Position numbers and translations under genes: made by a program
Part shown: positions 1 to 10,092 of the stretch, piece after piece
How the letters are laid out: each line of letters begins with the position of its first letter
How positions within the stretch are numbered: position 1 is the first letter of the stretch
The notes under the pieces: model-generated
The model's database searches: none
What the model saw: the letters and a program-made list of their open reading frames with translations, nothing else
Told to the model about the DNA's origin: nothing
Assembly: GCA_965285935.1 (NCBI GenBank)
Contig: OZ260661.1
Location: forward strand, 121,086,001-121,150,000
Reading direction: 5' to 3'
DNA from: Ophelia neglecta
Taxonomy: Eukaryota
Length of the DNA stretch: 64,000 nt

Positions 1-1109
1 ATATTAGCTGTATTAAAGTTATATATATTTACACTATAAAATTTGTGAACCTTTTATCTTTGGTAAGAATTGTATTACTTCTGTAGCCAATAAGCACTAA
101 CTTACTGCTCGACGCTTTGGCATGAGTTATCATGGTTTGGGGGTGGGGGTTGGGGCAAGGTATACAAGGCTGTTAAAGCATCTACCGCAGTAAAATGCAT
201 CGCATCACAATACGGTATACTGGTAGCCATAGAAGAGTGAGTTACTGGTTAATCAACCAAGCCAAGCCCGACGCTAGGGGTGACACTTTTGCTGGGACAA
301 AGAATACCTGCTGTTCTCGAAAATTGGCTCCATTTTGTAAATGCATGTTCTTAGTTCATTCTGTTCGGCTTGCCTGTAAATTGCCCCGTTACAATACTGA
401 CCCTACCCTCGGCCCTCCTCACGTAATTCCTATAACATTATGTTTACTTTAAAAAAGCCCTATATACACTATTTCCTTAACGAATTTGAAAAAAAAGACG
501 ATGAAAGTTAGTCTCTAATTGTATGAAATAAAGAATAAAAAGAGGTGACAAAGAAAAAAGAGGTGACAAAGACCACACAATTTAAAAAATTGTCCATCAT
601 TGTCCCCTATCGAGTAAAAATCCGTAATGAAATCTACACGACTCCAACGCCGCTGTGAATGAAGACACGTTTTCAATGTTTGTCCGAAACAATGTATTTT
701 TTTCTATAAGCTTTAAAAAAGCAGTACCTTTATGTTCTCGAAGTAAACGGGCATGGTTTGCTTATCAGTTTTTTCTACATTTTTTAGACAAGAGTCCAAT
801 ATTTTAACTAGCAATATTAAGTCCAATACTTCATCGAAATATTTTTTCGATGCAAAGAAAATATTCCATTGCAGAGTTTTATTTATTTACGTGGACTTGG
901 TATAAGCTGGCATAGTTTACGCTTGAGTGTGGTTGATTGTGTGAATGTGGGGGCAAGGGATACAATTTTTTATCAGTCCAACAAATGACTGGAAGCGCCA
1001 GAGTGCTCCATTGATCACAAGTCGATCGTATTTCTCGGACTTTCAACTACAACTACCTCACATATATTGATCGGCATTCACCGAATCAAGCGGTGGCCTG
1101 TCAAAGTTC

Positions 1110-1149
1110 AGATCCGGTATCGCACCATCCCGTACTCACCATATAAATA
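1110..1149 (+). promoter_or_regulatory. Type-3 (U6-like) Pol III promoter: PSE-position block plus TATA box; equivalent blocks start at 2625, 3201 and 4761
   Basis: AGATCCGGTATYGCACCATCCCGTA begins exactly 63 nt, and TATAAATA exactly 31 nt, before the first G of the conserved body in all four copies. Sequence further upstream diverges between paralogs A and B. Confidence 0.7.
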
Positions 1150-1172
1150 CATTCAATATCTCTGAGAATACC

Positions 1173-1298
1173 GGGGTGAGCCACGGCGTGGTGGGTTGAG
1201 GCCTAATAAGCCATCCCTCCTATGAGCCATAAGCATCGGACTTACCGCCCCGCTGGCAACAGTGGGGTGCCACCCGTTAATTCGATACTCACCCTTTT
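1173..1298 (+). ncRNA. Unassigned 126-nt structured Pol III-type small RNA, copy 1 (paralog A)
   Basis: TATA at 1142 (-31), G start, terminal stem GGGTGAG/CTCACCC closed directly by TTTT, three internal hairpins including CGCCCCGCTG-GCAA-CAGTGGGGTG. Confidence 0.75.
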
Positions 1299-2687
1299 GT
1301 TCGTTTGAGTACTTAAAATTGATATTCAAACTGCTTTATAATTACATTTAAATATTTTTTAATTATTAAAAGATTTTATTTAAAACAGTGAATATATATA
1401 GGCAGCATTCTTGCAAAATAGATGTTTTTGATTTTTCACAAAACAATACAATTGGCAACTAATTTGGGGACAGGGATCTAATGCTTGTTAATTATTTGTT
1501 GATTTAATGTGAAAAGAATTGGGGAAGAAAGGTGTCTCCCTTCATCTTGTTTTCATCTTTATTGATGCTTGATTATTTTCTCCGCTAATAACACATTGCT
1601 TTGCTAATACGCATGTTGGGATTGATTACTTGATATTGTTAAAACGTTGAGAGGTCCAGTGTGTTTTTACTGAATGAGTGGAATCGCTTCGTAATATATG
1701 GTGTGCGATCAAGCCAACCAGAAAGTATGCAAAGTGGGCATTTCTTTTTTGAAAATGAATGTGCGCTGAGGAGTATGAATATATATGCTACATTGAAAAA
1801 AACTACATGCCAGTCTCACAAATTTTGGTTCTTGCACAATCGAAATACAAATGGCAATAAAGGGGTGGAATCATTTAACATCTGATCAGCGATCAAGCCC
1901 ATGAAAATGTATGAACATTTGTAATTTCTCTTTTAAAGATTACGGTTAAGTCGACAGTAAAAATGTCTGCAATACATTCAAAAGTTACACCAAAGTCCCA
2001 TATTTCTTAGTTCGGGTACATTCGAAAAGGCTGTATTAAAGTAATTATTCTGGCGCAATGATCGTGCGGGTTGATGAATTTAGTTCCATGAGTATAGTCC
2101 GTCGGAAAACTCAAGACTGGGACCAAAAGGACTTTGCATTGATTGTAGATTATAATAGGGGGTAAAAAGCCTGTCTTCTTGAGTGTATGAATATGCGCCA
2201 TTTATGGATATAACAGCAGTTTTCGGAACGTTTTGGCGGCTATAGGAGTAGTACTCCCAGTGAGTGATATACCGATTAAACTTGTGTAAAAGAGAGGATT
2301 ACTTAAAAAGCTTGGTTTACTGAAGAGAAATGCAACACAATCTGCAATGAATTTCTGTTATCATGTGGATATTAAATGAAAAAATTTGACATCTCAGCAA
2401 ATGAACTGAATCGCTAGAAATGTACACAATTTATACGAATGTCATAATGGCCACTAATGGGAAATGAATACGTGTCTTCTTGCCAAAACTAAAAGGCTGG
2501 AAGAGTAAGCGCCAGAGAGCACCACTGGTTACAAATCGAGAAGGAGAAGTTCCCTGGCACTTTCAACTACTCCAAATGTATTGATCGGCGTTCACTTAAC
2601 TGAAGGATGGCCGGGTAAAAGGTGAGATCCGGTATTGCACCATCCCGTACTCGGCATATAAATACATTCAATATCTCTGAGAATATC

Positions 2688-2813
2688 GGGGTGAGCCACA
2701 GCGTGGTGGGTTGAGGCCTAATAAGCCATCCCTCCTATGAGCCATAAGCATCGGACTTAACGCCCCGCTGGCAACAGTGGGGTGCCACCCGCTAATTCGA
2801 TACTCACCCTTTT
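2688..2813 (+). ncRNA. Unassigned 126-nt structured Pol III-type small RNA, copy 2 (paralog B)
   Basis: TATA at 2657 (-31). Body differs from copy 1 at 3 positions despite a clearly diverged upstream flank. TTTT end. Confidence 0.75.
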
Positions 2814-3263
2814 GTATTGTGGACATTTTATTTCTATTTTTCCATTTTAGCCCTAACAACGTAATTGTGCATATTTTAGACAAGAGTCCAATATTTTAAC
2901 TAGCAATATTAAGTCCAATACTTCATCGAAATATTTATTTGATGAAAAAAAATACATTCCATAGCAGAGTTTTATTTATTTACGTGAACTTGGTATAAGC
3001 TGGCATAGTTTACGCTTGAGTGTGGTTGACTGTGTGAATGTGGGGGCAAGGGACACAATTTTCAATCAGTCCAACAAATGACTGGAAGGATAAGCGCCAG
3101 AGTGATCACAACTCGACCATATCTCTCGGACTTTCAACTACATGTACCTCACATATATTGATCGACATTCACTGAATCAAGCGATGGTCTGTCAAAGTTC
3201 AGATCCGGTATTGCACCATCCCGTATTCACCATATAAATACATTCAATATCTCTGAGAACATC

Positions 3264-3389
3264 GGGGTGAGCCACGGCGTGGTGGGTTGAGGCCTAATAA
3301 GCCATCCCTCCTATGAGCCATAAGCATCGGACTTACCGCCCCGCTGGCAACAGTGGGGTGCCACCCGCTAATTCGATACTCACCCTTTT
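3264..3389 (+). ncRNA. Unassigned 126-nt structured Pol III-type small RNA, copy 3 (paralog A)
   Basis: TATA at 3233 (-31), same body, TTTT end. Confidence 0.75.
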
Positions 3390-4823
3390 CTTCGTTTGAG
3401 TACTTAAAATTGATATTCAAACTGCTTTATAATTACATTTAAATATTTTTTAATTATTAAAATATTTTATTTAAAACAGTGAATATATATAGGCAGCATT
3501 CTTGCAAAATAGATGTTTTTGATTTTTCACAAAACAATACAATTGGCAACTAATTTGGGGACAGGGATCCAATGCTTGTTAATTATTTGTTGATTTAATG
3601 TGAAAAGAATTGGGGAAGAAAGGTGCCTCCCTTCATCTTGTTTTCATTTTCTTTGATCCTTGATTATTTTCTCTGCTTATAACATATTGCTGTGCTAATA
3701 CGCATGTTGGGATTGATTACTTGATATTGTTAAAACGTTGAGAGGTCCAGTGTGTTTTTACAGAATGAGTGGAATCGCTTCGTAATATTTGGTGTGCGAT
3801 CAAGCCAACCAGAAAGTATGCAAAGTGGGGATTTTTTTTTGAAAATGAATGTGCGCTGAGGAGTATGAATATCGATGGTACATTTAAAAACTACATCCCA
3901 GGCTCACAAATTGTGGTTCGTGCACAATCGAAATACTAATGGCAATAAAGGGGTGGAATCATTTAACATCTGATCAGCGATCAAGCCCATGAAAATGTAT
4001 GAACATTTGTTTTTTCTCTTTTAAAGATTACGGTTAAGTCGACAGTAAAAATGTCTGCAATACATTCAAAAGTTACACCAAAGTCCCATATTTCTTAGTT
4101 CGGGTACATTCGAAAAGGCTGTATTAAAGTAATTATTCTGGCGCAATGATCGTGCGGGTTGATGAATTTAGTTCCATGAGTATAGTCCGTCGGAAAACTC
4201 AAGACTGGGACCAAAAGGACTTTGCATTGATTGTAGATTATAATAGGGGGTAAAAAGCCTGTCTTCTTGAGTGTATGAATATGCGCCATTTATGGATATA
4301 ACAGCAGTTTTCCGAACGTTTTGGCGGCTGTAGGAGTAGTACTCCCAGTGAGTGATATACCGATTAAACTTGTGTAAAAGAGAGGATTACTTAAAAAGCT
4401 TGGTTTACTGACGAAAAATGCACCAAATCTCCACTGAATTTCTCTTATTATGTGGACATTAAATGAAAAATTTGACACCGCAGCAAATTGACTGAATCTC
4501 TAGAAATTTACGCAATTAATATGAATGTCAAAATGGCCACTATTGGGAAATGAATAGGTCTCTTCTTGCCTAAACTAAAAGGCTGGAAATGTACACAATT
4601 TATACGAATGTCATAATGTCCACTAAAAACCTAAAAAGGTGGAAGAGTAAGCGCCAGAGAGCGCCACTGGTTACAAATCGAGAAGTTCCCTGGCACTTTC
4701 AACTACTTCACATGTATTGATCGGCGTTCACTAAACAGAAGGATGGCCGGGTAAAAGGTGAGATCCGGTATTGCACCATCCCGTACTTGGCATATAAATA
4801 CATTCAATATCTCTGAGAATGTC

Positions 4824-4944
4824 GGGGTCAGGCGTGGTGGGTTGAGGCCTAATAAGCCATCCCTCCTATGAGCCATAAGCATCGGACTTAACGCCCCGCT
4901 GGCAACAGTGGGGTGCCACCCGCTAATTCGATACTCACCCTTTT
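4824..4944 (+). ncRNA. Copy 4 (paralog B) of the small RNA, with a 5-nt shortened 5' stem strand; possibly a pseudogene
   Basis: TATA at 4793 (-31). The 5' end reads GGGGTCAGGCGTGG instead of GGGGTGAGCCACAGCGTGG; the remainder is identical to copy 2. Confidence 0.6.
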
Positions 4945-5140
4945 GTATTTTTACGTCTTCCCAATTTAATAGTCGAACAATTTATAATATTTTTCATAAT
5001 TATATCAAAGCAGTGAATACTTGTAGCCTGCTTTCTTGCAATGAATGTTTAAATCATTAATAAAAACAATACAGATGCTTATAAAAATATTTTTTATAAT
5101 ATGCAAGACTCAGGGCCGAAGGTATCTTGCTTCATCCTCC

Positions 5141-5736
5141 TGTTACCGGGTGAGATTTACTATTTGGCTGTAGGAGAGTGTATTTTTCCGCTGCGCAAAA
5201 TGTAGCAGACGATTCAGGTTAATTTATTTAGGCCTAGAAAAAAACCACACCCGGTCACTCGTGATCTGGGAGAAATAACACCCGGTCACTCGTGATCTGG
5301 GAATGATAGAAAACAAATAAGGTAAGGTGCGAAGCGTTGCTAGGCAGGATCTGGAATGATTCTAGGAAAAGTCGAGGAAACAGAAATCTATTGGTCAGAC
5401 GAGTCCATCCTGTGGGCAAACAAACATTACGTAGATAGTTATAGAGCGTTGGTCGGGAGCGGGAGTCGGAGTTGGTCGGTAGAATTTGAAGTGTAAAGAC
5501 GTCCCCGAACTGTAGAGGAATAGTAAAGAGTTGGCCTCCGAGAAGCAAAGTGTAAGGACGTATCATAAATTGGAGCCTGTAGTGTGTACATTTAAAAGAG
5601 TGCAATAAATACGGATTGTTAAGTTATTGTGAAGTTCGTTGTGAAACCGTTACCCGCGCCTCTCAAGCCAAGCGAGTTGAAGCAATTGTGAATAACTAAA
5701 ATCAAGAACAAAAAGGTAAAACAAATAAAGGTTTCA
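5141..5736 (+). repeat. 5' LTR of element 1
   Basis: Identical to 9508 onward for ~560 bp (offset 4367). Contains an internal 30-bp-period repeat CACCCGGTCACTCGTGATCTGGGA and an AATAAA at ~5604. Confidence 0.92.
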
Positions 5737-5862
5737 GTGGAGGAGATTCGGGTTCCTTTTTGGATAACAAAAGGATTGTGAGGAGGAAATTCATTGTGTT
5801 TTGTGTGTTTCAAACTCAAAGGCAAGTACTCTTGTATTTACATTTTCCTACAACTTTTGAAA

Positions 5863-7077
5863 ATGTCGCACTTTTCGATACCATCAAACGTCCAACCCCC
5901 ACAATCAGAGGAAGACGAAACTTTCCAAGACTCTAGGGGGGTGCCCACTCAAACTGAAGGCGAAATACCACAGATATGCGCAGGAGAGGCGTATTCTTTT
6001 GAATTTACTAGCGCACCAGCCCCATTCAGAGGCACTCAAGGGGAAGACATTATAGGGTGGTTAACTAAACTAGACGCATATGGGGATTTGAATAATTTAA
6101 CCCACGTTAAAAAAGGCCAACTCCTGAGCTATCTATTAGAAGATGCTGCCCGCGTCTGGTTTCACGACCAACCCATGGATGATAGAAAAACTTTCGGCCA
6201 AATGTGCGAGATCCTTAGACAAAAATACGATAATCCAAACCTAGAATTTATTCGTGAAAATGCACTAATGGACAGGGTACAAAGAGAGGAAGAAAGCGTT
6301 TCAGACTACGCCAGAGACTTCCATAGGCTCTGCTCATTGCTGGGCAAAGACTATGACGAAAGAAAAACTCTCTTCATAAGGGGACTAAAAAACCCAATTA
6401 AATCGTTTGTACTTGCGCGTCTTCCTGACACCCTCGACGACGCTGAAACTTATGCTCATCTATATGAAACAATTAGTCCTTATTCAAACCAACCAGTTAT
6501 TGCCAAATTAGCTACTAGGGACGACAAAATAGATTCCTTAGTGCAGGAGATAAGCGCCCTACGAACGGAAGTACATCAAAGGCAGCGACAACCCCCACTA
6601 AGAACCACGTCAGGCTCCCCAGTGTGTACACGATGCTCCAGGGTTGGGCACCTCGTTAAGTACTGCCCATTGAACGACTATAATCAACCCCAACGCAATT
6701 TCGGTAACGCACCTTTTTACAGGGCCTCGCAGCGCAATGCCAATCCTTTTGGAAACAGGCCAAATTTCTCCTACCGCTCAGACTATACTCCAGGGCAAAG
6801 CTCGGGCCGCTTCTATGCTCCTCGACCCAGCTTCAGAGGCCCGTCACAACAAGCCATAAATTATAACGGACCACCGAATAGAAGGAACCTGGAACCGGGC
6901 CAATATTTCCAAAATTATCAGCGTGGCCAAGTGAGAAGTGATAGATACACACCCCAGTACCACAGGCAAGAGAATCCACGCTACACCAATAGTGAAATAG
7001 AGCAGATGCTCGAGGCAGCTTTTCAGCGGGGTCAGTCATCCGTAATGTCCAGAAATACAGGAGGAAATTTAAACTAG
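5863..7077 (+). CDS. gag: Gypsy Gag (capsid + CCHC zinc knuckle)
   Basis: First ATG gives MSHFSIP. Retrotransposon capsid-like segments (LEDAARVWF; QREEESVSDYARDF; FIRGLKNPIKSFV), knuckle CTRCSRVGHLVKYC, R/Q/N/Y-rich tail. Confidence 0.9.
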   Translation: MSHFSIPSNVQPPQSEEDETFQDSRGVPTQTEGEIPQICAGEAYSFEFTSAPAPFRGTQGEDIIGWLTKLDAYGDLNNLTHVKKGQLLSYLLEDAARVWFHDQPMDDRKTFGQMCEILRQKYDNPNLEFIRENALMDRVQREEESVSDYARDFHRLCSLLGKDYDERKTLFIRGLKNPIKSFVLARLPDTLDDAETYAHLYETISPYSNQPVIAKLATRDDKIDSLVQEISALRTEVHQRQRQPPLRTTSGSPVCTRCSRVGHLVKYCPLNDYNQPQRNFGNAPFYRASQRNANPFGNRPNFSYRSDYTPGQSSGRFYAPRPSFRGPSQQAINYNGPPNRRNLEPGQYFQNYQRGQVRSDRYTPQYHRQENPRYTNSEIEQMLEAAFQRGQSSVMSRNTGGNLN

Positions 7078-7090
7078 AGACAGCGTCTCA
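7068..7090 (+). promoter_or_regulatory. -1 programmed ribosomal frameshift site
   Basis: T TTA AAC heptamer in X XXY YYZ phase immediately before the gag TAG. The -1 frame is open into the protease ORF. A GAGAC-AGC-GTCTC hairpin follows. Confidence 0.8.
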
Positions 7091-8336
7091 TTTGGGGGGT
7101 CAATTTAATGGTACACATTATTTCAATGAGTCGCAAAATGTAAAGTCACAAGGCCCATGTAATGATTATCGCACAGAAAGAGAAACTTACGGTAAAAGAG
7201 ATAATATAAGCCCAAGGAATAAACAAATCGTGGAAAAAAGTATATTTAATGAAAAGGTTAATTTACAAAATGAAGTTATAAAGAGTGATTATACTGTAGA
7301 AGGTGCAATGGAAGATAAAACAGAGTCAAAGAAGGCCATAGTACAGGAACAGGCAACTCAAACGCAAAATGATAGTCTAGGTACAGATAATGCAATTGAT
7401 AATAATGAAGAAAATGTATTACCGCCAGTGGTTGCGGGGATAGCAAATACTGTGAAATGTAAAGTTTATGGGAAGCCGGTTCAATGTCTTCTTGATTCTG
7501 GTAGCGCATTGTCCCTTTGTCGAAAGAAATATTATGATAAATTGCACCAGTTAAACCCCGATATAAATATGAGAGAACCTAGAATGTATAAAACTGCCAG
7601 GGCAATTAATGGTACAGCTATAGAATTTGCAGGAGAAGTAACCTTAACTATTGCTATGGGAGGTATTGAATTAACTCATGATTTTTCAGTAATGGATGAT
7701 ATGAATTATGATATGGTATTGGGTGTCGACTTCTTGAAGGCACACGGAGCTATTATAAATATGGAAGATTCATGTTTATATTTAAGAGGATCGGAAAAAA
7801 TTAAATTGGGAAATAATGTTAATATTGCGGGCCTAACTAAAGTAACGGCTATGAAGCAGAGCTGCTTGCAACCGGAATCTCAGACTATATTAAAATGTGC
7901 GATAAATAAGCATTTGCCGGAAGGAACGGTATGTATTATAGAAGGAACTAAAGCAGTAAACAAATATAAGATGGCAGTCGGAAAGGTATTAGCAGAGGTT
8001 AGAAATAATACAGTGCCAATGTTGCTCCTTAACCCTACAAGAGAACCGATTGATATTCGAAAGGGAACTACGTTGGGTGTACTTCATATGGTGGAAGCTT
8101 CTAAGTGTATTATCGAGCGTTTAAAAGAGGACGATAATACACCCTTGTTAAACAGAGGCAGACCGCCTGAGATTAGTTTTGGCGGAGCAGATCTAGGTAA
8201 AATAGTAGATAAGTCAGACTGTGATTTTTCAAACACCAATTTAAATGAAAAGCAAAAACTTGAATTTCTTCCTGTGCGGCGTATCGCCCACGTAAACCAC
8301 GTATTCCCGGTCGTGACCCGATTGGAAGCGGCGTAA
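7071..8336 (+). CDS. pol: Truncated Pol: retropepsin aspartic protease + linker, fused to an integrase-like C-terminal tail
   Basis: CLLDSGSALS and MVLGVDFLKAHGAII protease motifs. No YxDD, RNase H or DDE motifs. Ends ...LNEKQKLEF|LPVRRIAHVNH... Confidence 0.85.
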   Translation, partial: KLETASHLGGQFNGTHYFNESQNVKSQGPCNDYRTERETYGKRDNISPRNKQIVEKSIFNEKVNLQNEVIKSDYTVEGAMEDKTESKKAIVQEQATQTQNDSLGTDNAIDNNEENVLPPVVAGIANTVKCKVYGKPVQCLLDSGSALSLCRKKYYDKLHQLNPDINMREPRMYKTARAINGTAIEFAGEVTLTIAMGGIELTHDFSVMDDMNYDMVLGVDFLKAHGAIINMEDSCLYLRGSEKIKLGNNVNIAGLTKVTAMKQSCLQPESQTILKCAINKHLPEGTVCIIEGTKAVNKYKMAVGKVLAEVRNNTVPMLLLNPTREPIDIRKGTTLGVLHMVEASKCIIERLKEDDNTPLLNRGRPPEISFGGADLGKIVDKSDCDFSNTNLNEKQKLEFLPVRRIAHVNHVFPVVTRLEAA

Positions 8337-9507
8337 CGCCCTAATTTATCAATTTATCATTGTATTTTACCATTAAAAGTATAGTCCAATGGTCAAATAT
8401 TATTTTGCATAGTATAGAGCTGACGTATGTAATGTTTCAATTGGGTGAACTTAGATGTGTATCTTCTGTCAATATTCAGACAGCCAAATATATATATATT
8501 TATAATTGCAGGACACATATTTCACAATAAGGTATATACTGTGCAGGGATAATTAATGCTATAATGTTGTATTAAAACTATGCATGCATAAATCTATGTA
8601 TCTTTGATGAATTATAAAGGGTTATTGGATACTCTTATTGTATCAGATATATATTAGAAGGTGCTATAATTTATTTGAACTTTATTACTGGCACTTTGTA
8701 TTTTTTTTTCTTCTTTCATATCCTCGTCATTCCTGAACGATGGGTGACCCGGACCTATTATATGGACCATCATACGTCACACGGAGGATCGTGCACAGGA
8801 CATTTGTTTATTCAGCAACCCCCGGACAATGCTGTTGTGCGAAGTGTTCGATCTCCGAACTTATATGTTAAAATATAATAATTAGGTAGGTCGGGCCAAC
8901 CCTGGTTCTGTGAATGAACATTTTTCTTGAGGATTCGAACGATGACGGACACTATTTGAACATTTGTGTACAACGAGCCAGTGTTGTTTTATTAAGCGTA
9001 TATATATGACTATATTTCATATGGAATGGACTTCATAGTGACTATTTAATCAAATAAAACAAGAAAAACTATAAAAATATACGGAGACTTTCACTACGGA
9101 ACCAAGGAATACTTAACGGAAACAGAAGATACCGGATGAACATGTGCATTATTATTACAAATTTATATACATGTTATAAACTATAGATATCAAAGGACAT
9201 TAATACTGTGTAAATTAATTTGATTCTAAATAAGTTTACTATAATGCTTGATTGTACGTAGAAAAAGGCTCTATTATTGTATATTGATGTATTATGTTTA
9301 CCGGATGAGATTTGGAATAGGCACTGATACTCTCGACCCATGCTTTAGGTTTTAAATTAAGCTAAGGTGATATATGATTATCGCAGGTAATGCACACAGG
9401 AGGACTGAACCAAATTGGGAATAATAGAAACGAAATAATTAATATTCAAAATTTTATATCTTCTAAATTTGGTCGACGAGGACGTCGATTTCGTAAGGGG
9501 AGGATTG

Positions 9508-10092
9508 TGTTACCGGGTGAGATTTACTATTTGGCTGTAGGAGAGTGTATTTTTCCGCTGCGCAAAATGTAGCAGACGATTCAGGTTAATTTATTTAGGC
9601 CTAGAAAAAAACCACACCCGGTCACTCGTGATCTGGGAGAAATAACACCCGGTCACTCGTGATCTGGGAATGATAGAAAACAAATAAGGTAAGGTGCGAA
9701 GCGTTGCTAGGCAGGATCTGGAATGATTCTAGGAAAAGTCGAGGAAACAGAAATCTATTGGTCAGACGAGTCCATCCTGTGGGCAAACAAACATTACGTA
9801 GATAGTTATAGAGCGTTGGTCGGGAGCGGGAGTCGGAGTTGGTCGGTAGAATTTGAAGTGTAAAGACGTCCCCGAACTGTAGAGGAATAGTAAAGAGTTG
9901 GCCTCCGAGAAGCAAAGTGTAAGGACGTATCATAAATTGGAGCCTGTAGTGTGTACATTTAAAAGAGTGCAATAAATACGGATTGTTAAGTTATTGTGAA
10001 GTTCGTTGTGAAACCGTTACCCGCGCCTCTCAAGCCAAGCGAGTTGAAGCAATTGTGAATAACTAAAACCAATAACAAACTTAACGGTTTCA
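9508..10092 (+). repeat. 3' LTR of element 1
   Basis: Preceded by the PPT, followed by TSD CTCC. The last ~25 nt differ from the 5' LTR. Confidence 0.92.

Larger units (their letters stand above)
782..4949. repeat. Tandem segmental duplication of a ~2.09-kb unit (~782-2817 and ~2874-4949); each unit carries two Pol III-type ncRNA genes (paralogs A and B)
   Basis: TTTTAGACAAGAGTCCAATATTTTAAC starts both units. The identical spurious ORFs at 2007-2201 and 4095-4289 give a period of 2088. Unit 2 has a small extra internal duplication near 4587-4630. Confidence 0.95.
5141..10092 (+). mobile_element. Non-autonomous Ty3/Gypsy LTR retrotransposon (gag + protease; RT/RNase H/integrase core missing)
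   Basis: LTRs TGTTACC...GGTTTCA at 5141-5736 and 9508-10092. 4-bp TSD CTCC (5137-5140, 10093-10096). PBS-like TGGAGGAGATTCGGG after the 5' LTR. PPT AAGGGGAGGA at ~9495-9504. Confidence 0.93.

Noticed and set aside
1173-1298. Repeat body as an HDV-like, twister, pistol or hammerhead ribozyme, or as U1/5S/tRNA-Sec
   Set aside because: Helix order does not fit the HDV nested pseudoknot, there is no CUGANGA/GAAA core and no Sm site, and ACUUAC is not conserved across copies.
2668-2883. 71-aa minus-strand ORF over RNA copy 2
   Set aside because: Antisense read-through of the GC-rich RNA body; its start region is unique junction DNA absent from the other copies.
2007-4478. Identical 64-aa ORFs (2007-2201, 4095-4289) and abutting ORF 4290-4478
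   Set aside because: Identity is explained by the recent 2.09-kb duplication. No recognisable domain, and the upstream ORF is not preserved in unit 1.
5255-9972. Duplicated 116-aa minus-strand ORFs (5255-5605, 9622-9972)
   Set aside because: Antisense ORFs inside the two identical LTR segments.
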